The notes beneath the pieces are model-generated. The model did not search any database. It had not been told where the DNA came from and saw only the letters and a list, made by a program, of their open reading frames with translations. The position numbers and the translations under genes were made by a program. From contig JAWKPF010000009.1 in the NCBI GenBank assembly GCA_041390825.1, positions 59,808 through 123,807 of the forward strand: a stretch of 64,000 bases of DNA. Reading direction: 5' to 3'. Of the stretch, positions 32,084-41,155 are shown piece by piece (the stretch's first letter is position 1; each line of letters opens with the position of its first letter). The stretch comes from Thermomicrobiales bacterium (GTDB lineage: Bacteria > Chloroflexota > Chloroflexia > Thermomicrobiales > UBA6265).

Positions 32084-32273
32084 AGTTGAATCTCCGGCCA
32101 CAATTGGAATATCACGAAAAGTCCTGTCGCAGGGCGTGTCGCAGCTGGTGTCGCGCCGTTGTGGCAGGTCCTTCGATGATTGTTTGTCTGAGATATCAGC
32201 TGATGATCTAGTCGGGCGGATTACGCCCGACACCCCGAGGCGTCTTGCAAGACCAAGCGAAGCCGGTGCTAGC

Positions 32274-32756
32274 ATGAACGGCATGATCACCAAGACCGGC
32301 TATGGCAACTACAACGTTGAACATCCTCTCGACTGGTGGGCCCAAGGTGGCCTCGAAGCCGTCTGCGCTGAATACGCCAAGTTTGAACCGGAGCGCGACT
32401 GGTCTTATCCGCACGCCAAACGCCGCGCCTACAAGCGCGTCCATGGAGCGCTCAACCGAATGCACAAAGCCACCGGCGACAAACTCTGGAAGCCGGTGGG
32501 GCACAAGCAGCATGAGCAGCTGCGCAAACGGATTGTCAGTTTCAAAATTTGGAACTACGACCTGGTGGATCACCTCCTTGTGCCGACAGGCACAGCCGCC
32601 AATCTGAAAGAGCAGGAAGAGTCGGGGCACCTACCTGGTTTTATCGTCCTCACCGACCCCCGCCGGCGTCAGCGGGTAGACGCTTGCTCGGACCAGTCAA
32701 AATGGGCGGCCCTGGTGTATGACCGCTTACTGCACACGCCTGCTCAAAGAGTTTAG
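32274..32756 (+). CDS. hypothetical protein
   Basis: ORF 32136..32756 trimmed to the ATG at 32274 (MNGMITKTGYGNYNVEHPLDWW..). No family recognised. Confidence 0.45.
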   Translation: MNGMITKTGYGNYNVEHPLDWWAQGGLEAVCAEYAKFEPERDWSYPHAKRRAYKRVHGALNRMHKATGDKLWKPVGHKQHEQLRKRIVSFKIWNYDLVDHLLVPTGTAANLKEQEESGHLPGFIVLTDPRRRQRVDACSDQSKWAALVYDRLLHTPAQRV

Positions 32757-32842
32757 GATTGGTCGTCCCTACCTGTCGGTTCATCCATTGTAGAGTCGCG
32801 TTTTCCTCCCTCCAACAACCAAACGTCCCTCCAGCTTGACTG

Positions 32843-33881
32843 GTGCAGGGCACCAAGGTGCGTGCTACAACAGACCAGTCTATGTGCGACCACTCCCCTG
32901 CCCACTCGCGCTACCGCCTCCATCCTTCTCGACGCCGAGACTACCCCCTACATCTCATTGATCAAGGGTTACCTATTCTTGAGTCGCTCAGCGCCATGCG
33001 TTTTGCCACCCACGGGCAGCTCACCAATCTGCACTTCGTGAATCGACTCAACCGGCAGGGTCGATCTCGCACCTTTGGTGGAGCCGATCGAGCCGGCCGG
33101 AATCGCACTCAAACGCCTCTGGGAAGCGGGATTTATCGAGCGCCGCCTGGTAATGATGGCCAGTCGAAGCACCGGACTCGGGTACCAGCACTTCGTCAAT
33201 GTACTGACCGCCAATGGACAACGGTCGGTGTCGCCTGATATGACGCGCCCTCGAACGATTTCGATCAGTCACCAAACGGTGGACCATTCGCTGGCTATCA
33301 ATGATTTCTACGTACTGATTCATCGTGCGGCAGAATTGCATGGCATCGCAGTGCATGACTGGCTGGACGATCGCCAGCTGACTGCCATGCAGGTCAAAGG
33401 ATCGCTCAAGCTGGTGTCGATCCCAGATGCGTTCTTCGTCTTGGCCTACCACGGCAGATACTTCGGTCATTTCTTAGAAATCGATACCGGAACGGTGCGG
33501 GTGGGCAGCCGAAAACGCGCTCGCAGCTGGACCCAAACCATCGCCAATTACGGAACGTACTTTCGCGAGCACTACCCACATGACGGTTTCTTTCGGGGTT
33601 TCAGTGCGCCCATCGTGCTAACCATCACGAGGAGCAATGCTCGACTGGAACACTTGTTGACCGCCACCAAGCATGCTGGTGGTGCCGGTGTCTACTGGTA
33701 CACAACCAAGGATCAAGTTGAGCCTATCCGAAGAGACGCCGAATCAAAGAAAGTCACCGCATTCGAGCCTGAGGTGCTGTGGCGGCCGATATGGCGAGTA
33801 CTCTATGATCGCGCTCCCCGCTCGCTGTTGGATCGACTGGAACGCAGTCCTAATCCGCCAAAGCGTCTGGATCGCGTCTAG
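32843..33881 (+). pseudogene. replication-relaxation family protein, one frameshift as sequenced
   Basis: ORFs 32843..33238 and 33075..33881 join at the T-run 33074-33076: LPILESLSAMRFATHGQLTNLHF.. (wHTH) then ..LKRLWEAGFIERR..HSLAINDFYV..IPDAFFVL..FLEIDTGT. Confidence 0.65.
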
Positions 33882-33995
33882 CGCCGTCGCATTTCGTAAG
33901 GATGACCTATGGAAGGTCTGACACGGCCAAATCAATCCTAGAGGCATTGACGGCCCGCAAAAGCGGCCATGGATTGTGGTTTGGAAACGTTGAAC

Positions 33996-34442
33996 TTACG
34001 ATGCTATGGGTAATGCGTCCGACTCGACCCACGGATCAATGACCAAGGCACCAGTCACAGCAAAGTGTTTGGTGTTGCGGGTCAAGACATGCAGTCCGCG
34101 GCGCAGGGCGGTGGCCGCAATCAATCCGTCACCGACAGGTACTTGGATGCCTTCACTTTGAGCGCGAGCAGTCAGTTCTCCCCACAGTCGAGCCGTTTCC
34201 AGATCAATGGACAAGATGTGATCGGCGTAGCGTTGCTCCAGCTTGGTCTGCCAAATGGAGAGTTCCCGTTTTCGCGATCCGGCTGACAGTTGGGCGATGC
34301 CCTTCGCCAGCTCCCCCATTGTCACTACACTCAGAAACATCTGTTCCGGATCCAGAGCGGCGACATAGTCGCGTACCTGAGCATTGCCTTTGGGTCGTTG
34401 GATCTCAGACAGGACGCAGGTATCGATTAGAACTCTTACCAC
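33996..34442 (-). CDS. vapC: type II toxin VapC (PIN domain)
   Basis: 148-aa ORF with PIN acidic residues in VLIDTCVL, MGELAKG and VGDGLIAATAL. Overlaps the antitoxin by 7 nt. Confidence 0.85.
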   Translation of the reverse strand: MVRVLIDTCVLSEIQRPKGNAQVRDYVAALDPEQMFLSVVTMGELAKGIAQLSAGSRKRELSIWQTKLEQRYADHILSIDLETARLWGELTARAQSEGIQVPVGDGLIAATALRRGLHVLTRNTKHFAVTGALVIDPWVESDALPIAS

Positions 34443-34675
34443 GTCACCTCACGCATCGGCGTCTGGTCGCGATCCAGATCCAGATCGGTCAGATCGGGAC
34501 CAGAAAGAAGGAAATCCTTGAGTGACGGCCGTTCACCAGTCAGGCGGTCGTAGTCTGCTTCAGAGACCATCACCACCGTGTCACCACGACGACGAATACG
34601 TTGGGGACCCTGCTCCAGCGCCTGATTCATGACTTCGCTCAGTTTGTTTTTTGCTTCGGCCAGTTGCCAGCTCAT
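34436..34675 (-). CDS. type II antitoxin, Phd/YefM-like
   Basis: 79-aa ORF, MSWQLAEAKNKLSEVMNQALEQGPQRIRRRGDTVVMVSEADYDRL. Confidence 0.75.
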   Translation of the reverse strand: MSWQLAEAKNKLSEVMNQALEQGPQRIRRRGDTVVMVSEADYDRLTGERPSLKDFLLSGPDLTDLDLDRDQTPMREVTW

Positions 34676-34740
34676 GGGGTGGATTCTCCAAAATGGCTAG
34701 ATGATCTAGCTAGGTAATTTTATCATGAGCGGTCGTGCCC

Positions 34741-35688
34741 TCACGCACGTTCCTTCAAGCCAAGCCGTTCTTCCACCACCGAGAAAAAGTAGGCCATGGG
34801 TTTCTGTGGTCGATTCTTTACCGAGTTGCGCATTTCCTTGGTCGAGGCGCGTGCTTGAAACAGCAGATCCACGAATCCGTCGCGACCAGCTCCGCTCTGC
34901 TCGAACAGATTCATGGCTCGGGAGACCGATGACCGCGTCGGTGCTTGATCCCCCAACTCTTGCGCAAACCGTTCAATGACCGACCCAATGGCTTGGCGAT
35001 CCTCGGTCATGGCAATGCGCTTGGGAGCACGGCGAGCCACCAAGTCCTTGAGCGGCGAATCAGTGGGTTTGGCTGTCGTGCTGGTTGCCTGCTGATATTC
35101 CGTTTTTCTGGGATGGACGGATTTCTGTCGGTCGCCGTCATCGTCTGCTAAGAATTCATTCGTCGAAGTATTCGAAGATTCGAAATCTGTATGTTGTTTG
35201 ACTGTATGTTGTGTGGGGACTTTTTACCCCACGGGCCTGGGGTACTTTCTCCCCCACCCCCTGGCGTACTTTTTCCCCCACGGGTACCGCATCGACGTAT
35301 TTCTCTGATGAAGCACCGCTCATATTCAGCCGGTAGCTGGTCGGTTCGTCTCCCGATCTTTACTACGACGTCGCTCGGTGACGATGATGTTTTGGGTTTC
35401 AAGACTGCGGATGGCTTGCAACAGCGTCTTCTTGGTCAGACCAACGCCGGAGTCCAGCTGACGGCCGTCCTGGGTGCGAATGCCGTTCAACATCTGAGAC
35501 AGCGAGATGTTGTCACTGGCCTTCTTGAAGCCGAACGTCCGCCGCGTGATATACAGCAGCACCTTCAGTTCCCCTCCGGAGAGAATCGGCAGCAGTTCGT
35601 CGAGGTATTGATCTGGCACCTGGGTGGTGTTGGGTGAAGTGACGCCAGCAAATCGAAAGGTGGAGCTGGTGGACTTCAGGCGAGGCAT
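34741..35688 (-). pseudogene. plasmid/phage-type replication initiator (Rep-O/DnaD-like wHTH N-domain), two frameshifts as sequenced
   Basis: N-domain ORF 35326..35688 (QVPDQYLDELLPILSGGELKVLLYITRRTFGFKKASDNISLSQM). Hand reading continues ..GDEPTSYRLNM..VGEKVRQGVGEKVPQARGVK.. and then into ORF 34741..35043 (..KNRPQKPMAYFFSVVEERLGL). Shifts lie at the C-run 35352-35354 and the T-run 35221-35225. Confidence 0.6.
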
Positions 35689-35710
35689 GGGCTCCCCTTC
35701 CTGAGACTAA

Positions 35711-35800
35711 ATCCGTACGGACGTACGTGCGATCGATTAGCTGACCGTCCGAACGAGCGTACGCCCGTACGCCCGACCGTCCGGAGGTTCGTCCGAACGA
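35711..35800. repeat. iteron-like repeat cluster between rep and the par genes
   Basis: Four CGTACG hexamers (35714, 35722, 35758, 35766) and two CGTCCGAACGA copies (35746, 35790). Related copies occur at 35979, 35987 and 31646-31659. Confidence 0.55.
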
Positions 35801-35812
35801 TCAGGCGCAAGC

Positions 35813-36241
35813 TCATGCATCCTCCGGCCTTGGATGATTGGCAAGATACTCGTCAATCGCCAGCCGCACCATTTGGCTCATATTGCCGGACCCACCTTGG
35901 ATGCGTTCTTGCAGCGACCGATCTTTCAATTCCGCAATCTGGTCTTGGTAAAACTCAAAGGCGTAGCGACTGACCGACCGTACGGGCGTACGTCCGACCG
36001 GACGAACAGACGAACGCCCGTCCGTATGTGCAGAGACTGTTGGTTCAGCGTCAACGACTGTTGTAGGAGGTGCTGGTGTTCGAGGAGCACGAGTCGCCTT
36101 CACAGGAGCCGCTTTCTTCGGTGGAGCAGGGGAGACCTCGGCAGTGGGCTCCTCATCAGGTTGCTCGACAGGGCTCTTAAAATATGAAGAGGCACCCTTC
36201 AGCTCGTTTTGGACTTTGGTTAGGTCGTACTTCTTGTTCAT
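35813..36241 (-). CDS. ParG-like / ribbon-helix-helix partition adaptor
   Basis: 142-aa ORF with a Pro/Ala-rich disordered N-half and an RHH-like C-terminus RYAFEFYQDQIAELKDRS..MSQMVRLAIDEYL. Located downstream of parA. Confidence 0.5.
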   Translation of the reverse strand: MNKKYDLTKVQNELKGASSYFKSPVEQPDEEPTAEVSPAPPKKAAPVKATRAPRTPAPPTTVVDAEPTVSAHTDGRSSVRPVGRTPVRSVSRYAFEFYQDQIAELKDRSLQERIQGGSGNMSQMVRLAIDEYLANHPRPEDA

Positions 36242-36638
36242 GCTGTGGCCTTACTTCGGCTGGTCTCGATCTGTTCCTTTAGATCCTGGCAACCAGCGAG
36301 GTTGTTGATCTTGATTTCGTTCTTGTCGTTGCCCACTGACAGCGCAATCGTGCCGTAGTCGAACTGCGAGGCGATCGGGCCAACACTGGTGGAGACGGAA
36401 TGGATGTTGGCCAGGGAAAGCGCTTTTCCTGAATCGTTAGGAGTCCTTGCTTGAGCGTGACGCCGGTGTCGTCGATCAACACGCTAGTTCTGGTGTAGAG
36501 CAGGATCGATCGGGCGATTAGGACCACCCCGATGAGGGGAACCACGACGGTGAAGGAGGCGAACACGCTGGCGAGAAACCAAAAGGCGATGGACAGCAGA
36601 GTCCAGGCTCCGCTGACGCGGTACTGAGTAGATTCCAT
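36238..36638 (-). pseudogene. membrane protein with bacterial PH (bPH_2/YdbT-like) domain, one frameshift as sequenced
   Basis: ORF 36279..36638 has two N-terminal TM segments, then LIDDTGVTLKQGLLTIQEK. After the T-run 36424-36427 the reading continues in another frame as ALSLANIHSVSTSVGPIASQFDYGTIALSVGN.., ending in a TGA that overlaps the next ATG (ATGA at 36238-36241). Confidence 0.5.
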
Positions 36639-36640
36639 AA

Positions 36641-37393
36641 CTAAACGCTAAACAGCTCTCCAATAAGCCGCTCATACGCCTGAGATCCTTTGGAACTGGC
36701 GTTGTAGGAGAAGATGTCTTGCTGGTTGAAGTGGGCATCACGCAGATCGACGTTCTTCGGGATGATCGTGTTGAGCACCGAGTCGCCATAGGTCTGGCGC
36801 AGCAATTTCAAAGAGTTCTTGGTATTGATAGTTGGCTCGCTCATGGTGAAGACGAACCCAGCCAACTCCAGTTCCGGATTGAAGTGAATCTTGACCTCTT
36901 CGATGGTCTTGCCCATCTGGACGGTCGAGTCAAGCTCAAAGTAGCCAGGGGAGACCACCACCAACACCTTGTCAGCGGCCGTGAAGGCATTCAGCGTCAA
37001 CCAGGACAGTGCGGGAGGGCAATCGATCACCACGAAGTCGTAGTCGCCTTTGACCGCCTCCAGCGCCGCTTTGAGGCGAGCTTCACGGTGATCAATGGCG
37101 GTCGTCAGTGAGATGTCTGTCTCAGACAACAAAATGTGCGACGGCACGATGTCCAAATTGGGAATCGACGTAGGGGAGATCGCCAAAGGTTTGCGATCGA
37201 TGATCGTCGCGTACAGCGTTCGATCTTTAGAAAATTCTTGGTAGTTGGGTAAAACGACCTTGGAGGAGTTGGCTTGGGAGTCCGTATCGATCAGAAGGGT
37301 CCGCTTGCCACGATGGGCAAGTCCGGCAGCGAGCGATATGGATGTGGTGGTTTTGCCAGTCCCACCTTTTTGAGAGGCAACAGCGAGAATCAT
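36641..37393 (-). CDS. parA: ParA/Soj family partition ATPase
   Basis: ORF 36641..37483 trimmed to the ATG at 37393 (GGAGGAAA upstream). Deviant Walker A MILAVASQKGGTGKTTTS. Confidence 0.88.
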   Translation of the reverse strand: MILAVASQKGGTGKTTTSISLAAGLAHRGKRTLLIDTDSQANSSKVVLPNYQEFSKDRTLYATIIDRKPLAISPTSIPNLDIVPSHILLSETDISLTTAIDHREARLKAALEAVKGDYDFVVIDCPPALSWLTLNAFTAADKVLVVVSPGYFELDSTVQMGKTIEEVKIHFNPELELAGFVFTMSEPTINTKNSLKLLRQTYGDSVLNTIIPKNVDLRDAHFNQQDIFSYNASSKGSQAYERLIGELFSV

Positions 37394-37539
37394 TTTCCTC
37401 CAGGTCAGCCACGGTAGTGCCCGCGAGCGGGGTAGCCACACGTGATTGTGGTGATACGTCCATACTGGACATAATGCAAGCAAGTGTCAAGCTGGAATCA
37501 CAGCTTCCCTGGGAAACCATTAACTGCATGGAGTAGCTA

Positions 37540-39156
37540 TCAGGATCCTTGGGCGACGAGTCGTCGAAGTCCGACCTTAATATCACTCACCAAAACTTCT
37601 CCACCGCTTGGCTCAAAGACCGAGATCCAGCCGAGTGAGGCAAACTCTTTAAGGACTGATTCAACCAGCAGTGTCGGCAGCTCCAGGGCTCGCGCGATCG
37701 TGTCACTGTCAGTCGTTCCTGCAACGACAGACGTGGCGATCTCTTGGCGCTCCTGCTTGAACTCAGGGTGTGTTTGTTGAAAGTAGAGCCGTAAGGCACG
37801 GGGAGTGACGGTGATTGCCGCTGGAACTGAGCCAGCCGCGATGACCCACGCAACTTCAATGTGCCCCTTGCTCTCAAGGACCTCGATCGCATCATCAAGT
37901 TCTTGTCGGCTCAGCCCGTCAGTAAGCAGCATCTGGCAAATCGAATCGCCGTCGAGAAAATCTTGGCCTGCAGCCTCAGCCTGACGACACGCCGCCCACA
38001 ATACTTTGATATCGGTTTCTGTTAATCCAGCTATCGCCGCAGTCGTTTCATGGTTGGTTGGTGTCGGATGATACAGGGAAGCGCCAGCGGTACCGAGATC
38101 TTTTCTCATACTCTGCGCGAGTTTTTCCAAGAGCTCGGCCATCCTTCCAACAGAGCTTTCTTTAACGGAGATCCGTTGGCCGAGCTTGAGTGCTAGATCA
38201 CCGGTTTCGTCGAGGTACTTTTGATCAACTATTCCCTGTTGATGCTCCAAGAGGTGCCGTTGTTGGAATAGCTTCTGCAGTTGTGCCCACTCTTTCGGAT
38301 CCAGGGTCTGAGTGTATGAACGGCCACCAGCTTGCGTCCAAAGCCGGTCGCCCCTCGACAAATTTTGAAATGCATTGCGACTAGGGACAGTTGTGAAGTT
38401 TGGTAGGCGAGGATAGGAGATCTCGGCAAACCGCTGAAAAGCGGTGACGAGATTGCCGATCTGCCCCTCTAACATATCTCGCTGATACTGATCTATGAGA
38501 TTGATATCACCACCACTTGCTGCGATCAAGGCCACCGCCTTACCGACCGACCGCGCCTTCGTTAGGGTCTGGTCAAATGTCTGCCCGGCCGAGTTATGGC
38601 CGCAAGCGGGGCAAAAGAATCCAGAGCCAATCACTGCAAACTGACAACCACAGGATTCGCACTCGATTTGCAGAGTCATAAGATCGGCGGCGATAGGAGG
38701 GACGGGCGCTAACCGGGGGCTTGCCTTGTACTCAGCTGAGACAGACACCATTTCACGGGAACGACGACGGCGATTGATGCTGCGGGCGAAATCCCCGAGC
38801 ATCTTGTCGAGATGGCCCTGCGCTTCCGCCAAGGCAGCGCTTCTTACATATTCCGCGAGTTCATCCGTGTTGAAAGCTTGGGGCTCGGCCTCAACGCGAC
38901 AGAATGGGCAATAGGCAATGGCTTCGGGAACCTTTTCCTTCCAATGCGCGAAGAGAACCTTAAATGGTCGCCCACATTCGTCGTCGGGACACTTACGATC
39001 CCAATATCCTTTGTCATCAAGCTCGATAGGCACCTCTATGCGAAAAATTTCCGACACGGCAGGACCTCCAGAAACACGGATGGCGTTCGATTTAGCGAAC
39101 TTGAAGAGTAGACCATGCGTTCTAAGATACGGCTGAACCTTGTTTCTGTCGACCAC
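37540..39156 (-). CDS. orphan 538-aa protein: two zinc ribbons + HEPN-like R-x4-H region + C-terminal wHTH-like repeats
   Basis: The ORF is intact. Cys pairs CPDDEC..CPFC (residues 56-86) and CESCGC..CPAC (166-185). QQRHLLEHQQG at residues 298-308 (nt 38242-38259 encode RHLLEH). No family recognised. Confidence 0.6.
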   Translation of the reverse strand: MVDRNKVQPYLRTHGLLFKFAKSNAIRVSGGPAVSEIFRIEVPIELDDKGYWDRKCPDDECGRPFKVLFAHWKEKVPEAIAYCPFCRVEAEPQAFNTDELAEYVRSAALAEAQGHLDKMLGDFARSINRRRRSREMVSVSAEYKASPRLAPVPPIAADLMTLQIECESCGCQFAVIGSGFFCPACGHNSAGQTFDQTLTKARSVGKAVALIAASGGDINLIDQYQRDMLEGQIGNLVTAFQRFAEISYPRLPNFTTVPSRNAFQNLSRGDRLWTQAGGRSYTQTLDPKEWAQLQKLFQQRHLLEHQQGIVDQKYLDETGDLALKLGQRISVKESSVGRMAELLEKLAQSMRKDLGTAGASLYHPTPTNHETTAAIAGLTETDIKVLWAACRQAEAAGQDFLDGDSICQMLLTDGLSRQELDDAIEVLESKGHIEVAWVIAAGSVPAAITVTPRALRLYFQQTHPEFKQERQEIATSVVAGTTDSDTIARALELPTLLVESVLKEFASLGWISVFEPSGGEVLVSDIKVGLRRLVAQGS

Positions 39157-39412
39157 CCCAAATGTGAACAGGGGCGTCCATCGGCAGTTCCTCGATCGGC
39201 GAAAGGGTCACTTGCGTTTCAGCGGTATAATGTCTCCGATAACACCCCGGAGAAAAACCCTTGAATGCCTGATGAAATTCCACCTGGACCGTACTCTGTG
39301 ACCCCGCAACAATTCCGAGGCCACAGCAATAAAGCTCACAAGCCATCCTGGCCAAAGCATTTCACAGGAAGCTGAGCGTCGGCGCTGAATTAGAAGTCGA
39401 TGGAGCTCAATA

Positions 39413-40271
39413 ATGGCGACTACGGTGACGGAGTCATTCCGAGGTTGCAAATCCAACTTGGAGATTACTGACCTGCAACAAACTACAGTGGCAAATAGGC
39501 AAAAGAGCGTTCGTGATGCAGTTTCTCGAAAAATGAATGTCATCGATTCATTCGTCACCGGTTCTTATAAGCGGCACACCATGATTAGCCCGCTGAAGGA
39601 CGCAGACATAGACGTTTTCCTAATTCTCAATTCGAGTGAATTTGCGTCTGACGGCTATACAGCGCTCTTGGATAAGGTTCGAGCCGTCTTGCTGGAGACC
39701 TACCCTAGCACGCCCAAGATCAGTCGAAATGGACAGGCAGTCACTATAACGTTCACCGACTTTGTGGTTGATGTAGTGCCTGGTTTCCATCGGAAGGGCG
39801 GGGTTACTTAATCCCGAGTACACCAGAAAAGCGTTGGATACCCACGAACCCAAAAGTTCACGAGACCGCGATCACAGCCGCCAACGAACTGCACAATGGC
39901 GATCTCGTTCCACTTATTAAAATGATTAAGGCGTGGAACCGCGAAATTAGCAGCCCGTTCAGATCGTTCTACCTAGAGCTCATGGTTGAAAAGCTGCTGC
40001 GCGGCGTTACCATCAGCAGCTTTCCAAGCGGATGCAGGTACGTATTTGACAAGGGCCGTGTACAGATCAAATCGAAAATTGCAGATCCCGCGGGTTTCAA
40101 AAACCAGCTGAATCCCTGGGTACGGGCAGCGTAGAAGAGGCGGTACAGCGATTTGAGACCGCATATGGCAGAGCAATAAAGGCTGAGCAGCTGGACAAGA
40201 GCGGAGATTCCGCAGCTGCCGTGGCTGAGTGGCAAAAGATCTTTGGCAGTAGCTTTCCGGCATACGGCTAA
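39413..40271 (+). pseudogene. SMODS-type (CD-NTase-like) nucleotidyltransferase, paralogue 1, two frameshifts as sequenced
   Basis: VTGSYKRHTMISPLKDADIDVFL (G-S..DxD), FVVDVVPGF (third acidic residue), then after the shift at 39804-39805 ..NPKVHETAI..LIKMIKAWNRE..RSFYLELM. After the shift at 40124-40126 the tail ..AVAEWQKIFGSSFPAYG ends at the TAA at 40269-40271. Confidence 0.65.
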
Positions 40272-40277
40272 CTAACT

Positions 40278-41155
40278 ATGACGTCACCCAATTTGAAGCA
40301 ACCCACATTCGACGACATTGCGCGCAACCAGAACCAAGATGCGATCCTCAGGTTTATGCTGGCTTCGCGTCACTACTATGCTAGAGCGCGATGGATTCAG
40401 TACCTCGGGACCTGGGGTGCGATTGCTTTCGCGCTTGCAGCCCCAGTGGTGCTGCTGTTCTATCGGATCGAGGTCCACTGCTTGGCGCACTTGCTGGTCT
40501 TTGGATTTTCGCATCGCGTTTAGGACTTTCTCGCCTCAGAGCGTCGTACCAACGAAAGGGCGCGACCGCCCAAGAACAATTCGATTGCGCAGTTTTTCGT
40601 CTCGACTGGAACAAGACCATTGCGGTGCCTCTTTCCCCTGAAGAGATTCGGCACGCCAGCGGAAATATGAACGGAATCGACGCGATCCGAAACTGGTACG
40701 CCACTCCCGGAAAAGTGGATTGGCCGCGCAGCGTTACTCTCTGCCAAAGGGCGAATGCGGTATGGGCTCGCCGACAGCATCACTTATTTGGTGTGGTGCT
40801 GTATGTTGCCGCGACTACTTGGGCCGTAGTGGGGATTTTAATAGCAGTCTGGCAGGACGCTTCACTCAGTCAATATCTGACGACGATTGCACTGCCGTCT
40901 CTTCCGGCCCTATTAGACGCAACGGATCTTGCTCAGGAACACATCGAGTCATCGTGGGCCCGAGGGAGGATTGAGGTGCGTCTGGATGGTCTGTTGGATG
41001 ATGGAACAGCTACAAATCTCGATATCCGTGAAGTCCAGGACGAACTGTTTGACTTGAGAAAGTCATCGCCCATTGTTCCCGAGTGGTTCTATAAAATAAT
41101 CAAACCCGGCTACGAGGAAGATATGACCTACGCTGCAGAGACAAGGATCAACTAG
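40278..41155 (+). pseudogene. four-TM putative pore-forming effector (S-4TM/SLATT-like), one frameshift as sequenced
   Basis: ORFs 40278..40523 and 40391..41155 join near 40464. There are two TM hairpins (WGAIAFALAAPVVLLF/LLGALAGLWIFASRL and HHLFGVVLYVAATTWAVVGILIAV/LTTIALPSLPALL) and the loop EQFDCAVFRLDWNK. The family name is from memory. Confidence 0.55.

Noticed and set aside
35701-36030. A possible CRISPR array or other regular repeat-spacer structure around the CGTACG repeats.
   Set aside because: The repeats are 6-11 nt, irregularly spaced and partly inside a coding region. There are no 25-40 nt repeat units, and nothing else in the window resembles a CRISPR array or cas genes.
39122-39558. 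Minus-strand ORFs 39122..39355 and 39208..39558 in the divergent intergenic region of the defence locus.
   Set aside because: They overlap the start of the SMODS gene or the 538-aa gene, have no RBS and give implausible translations. The region is better explained as a shared promoter region.
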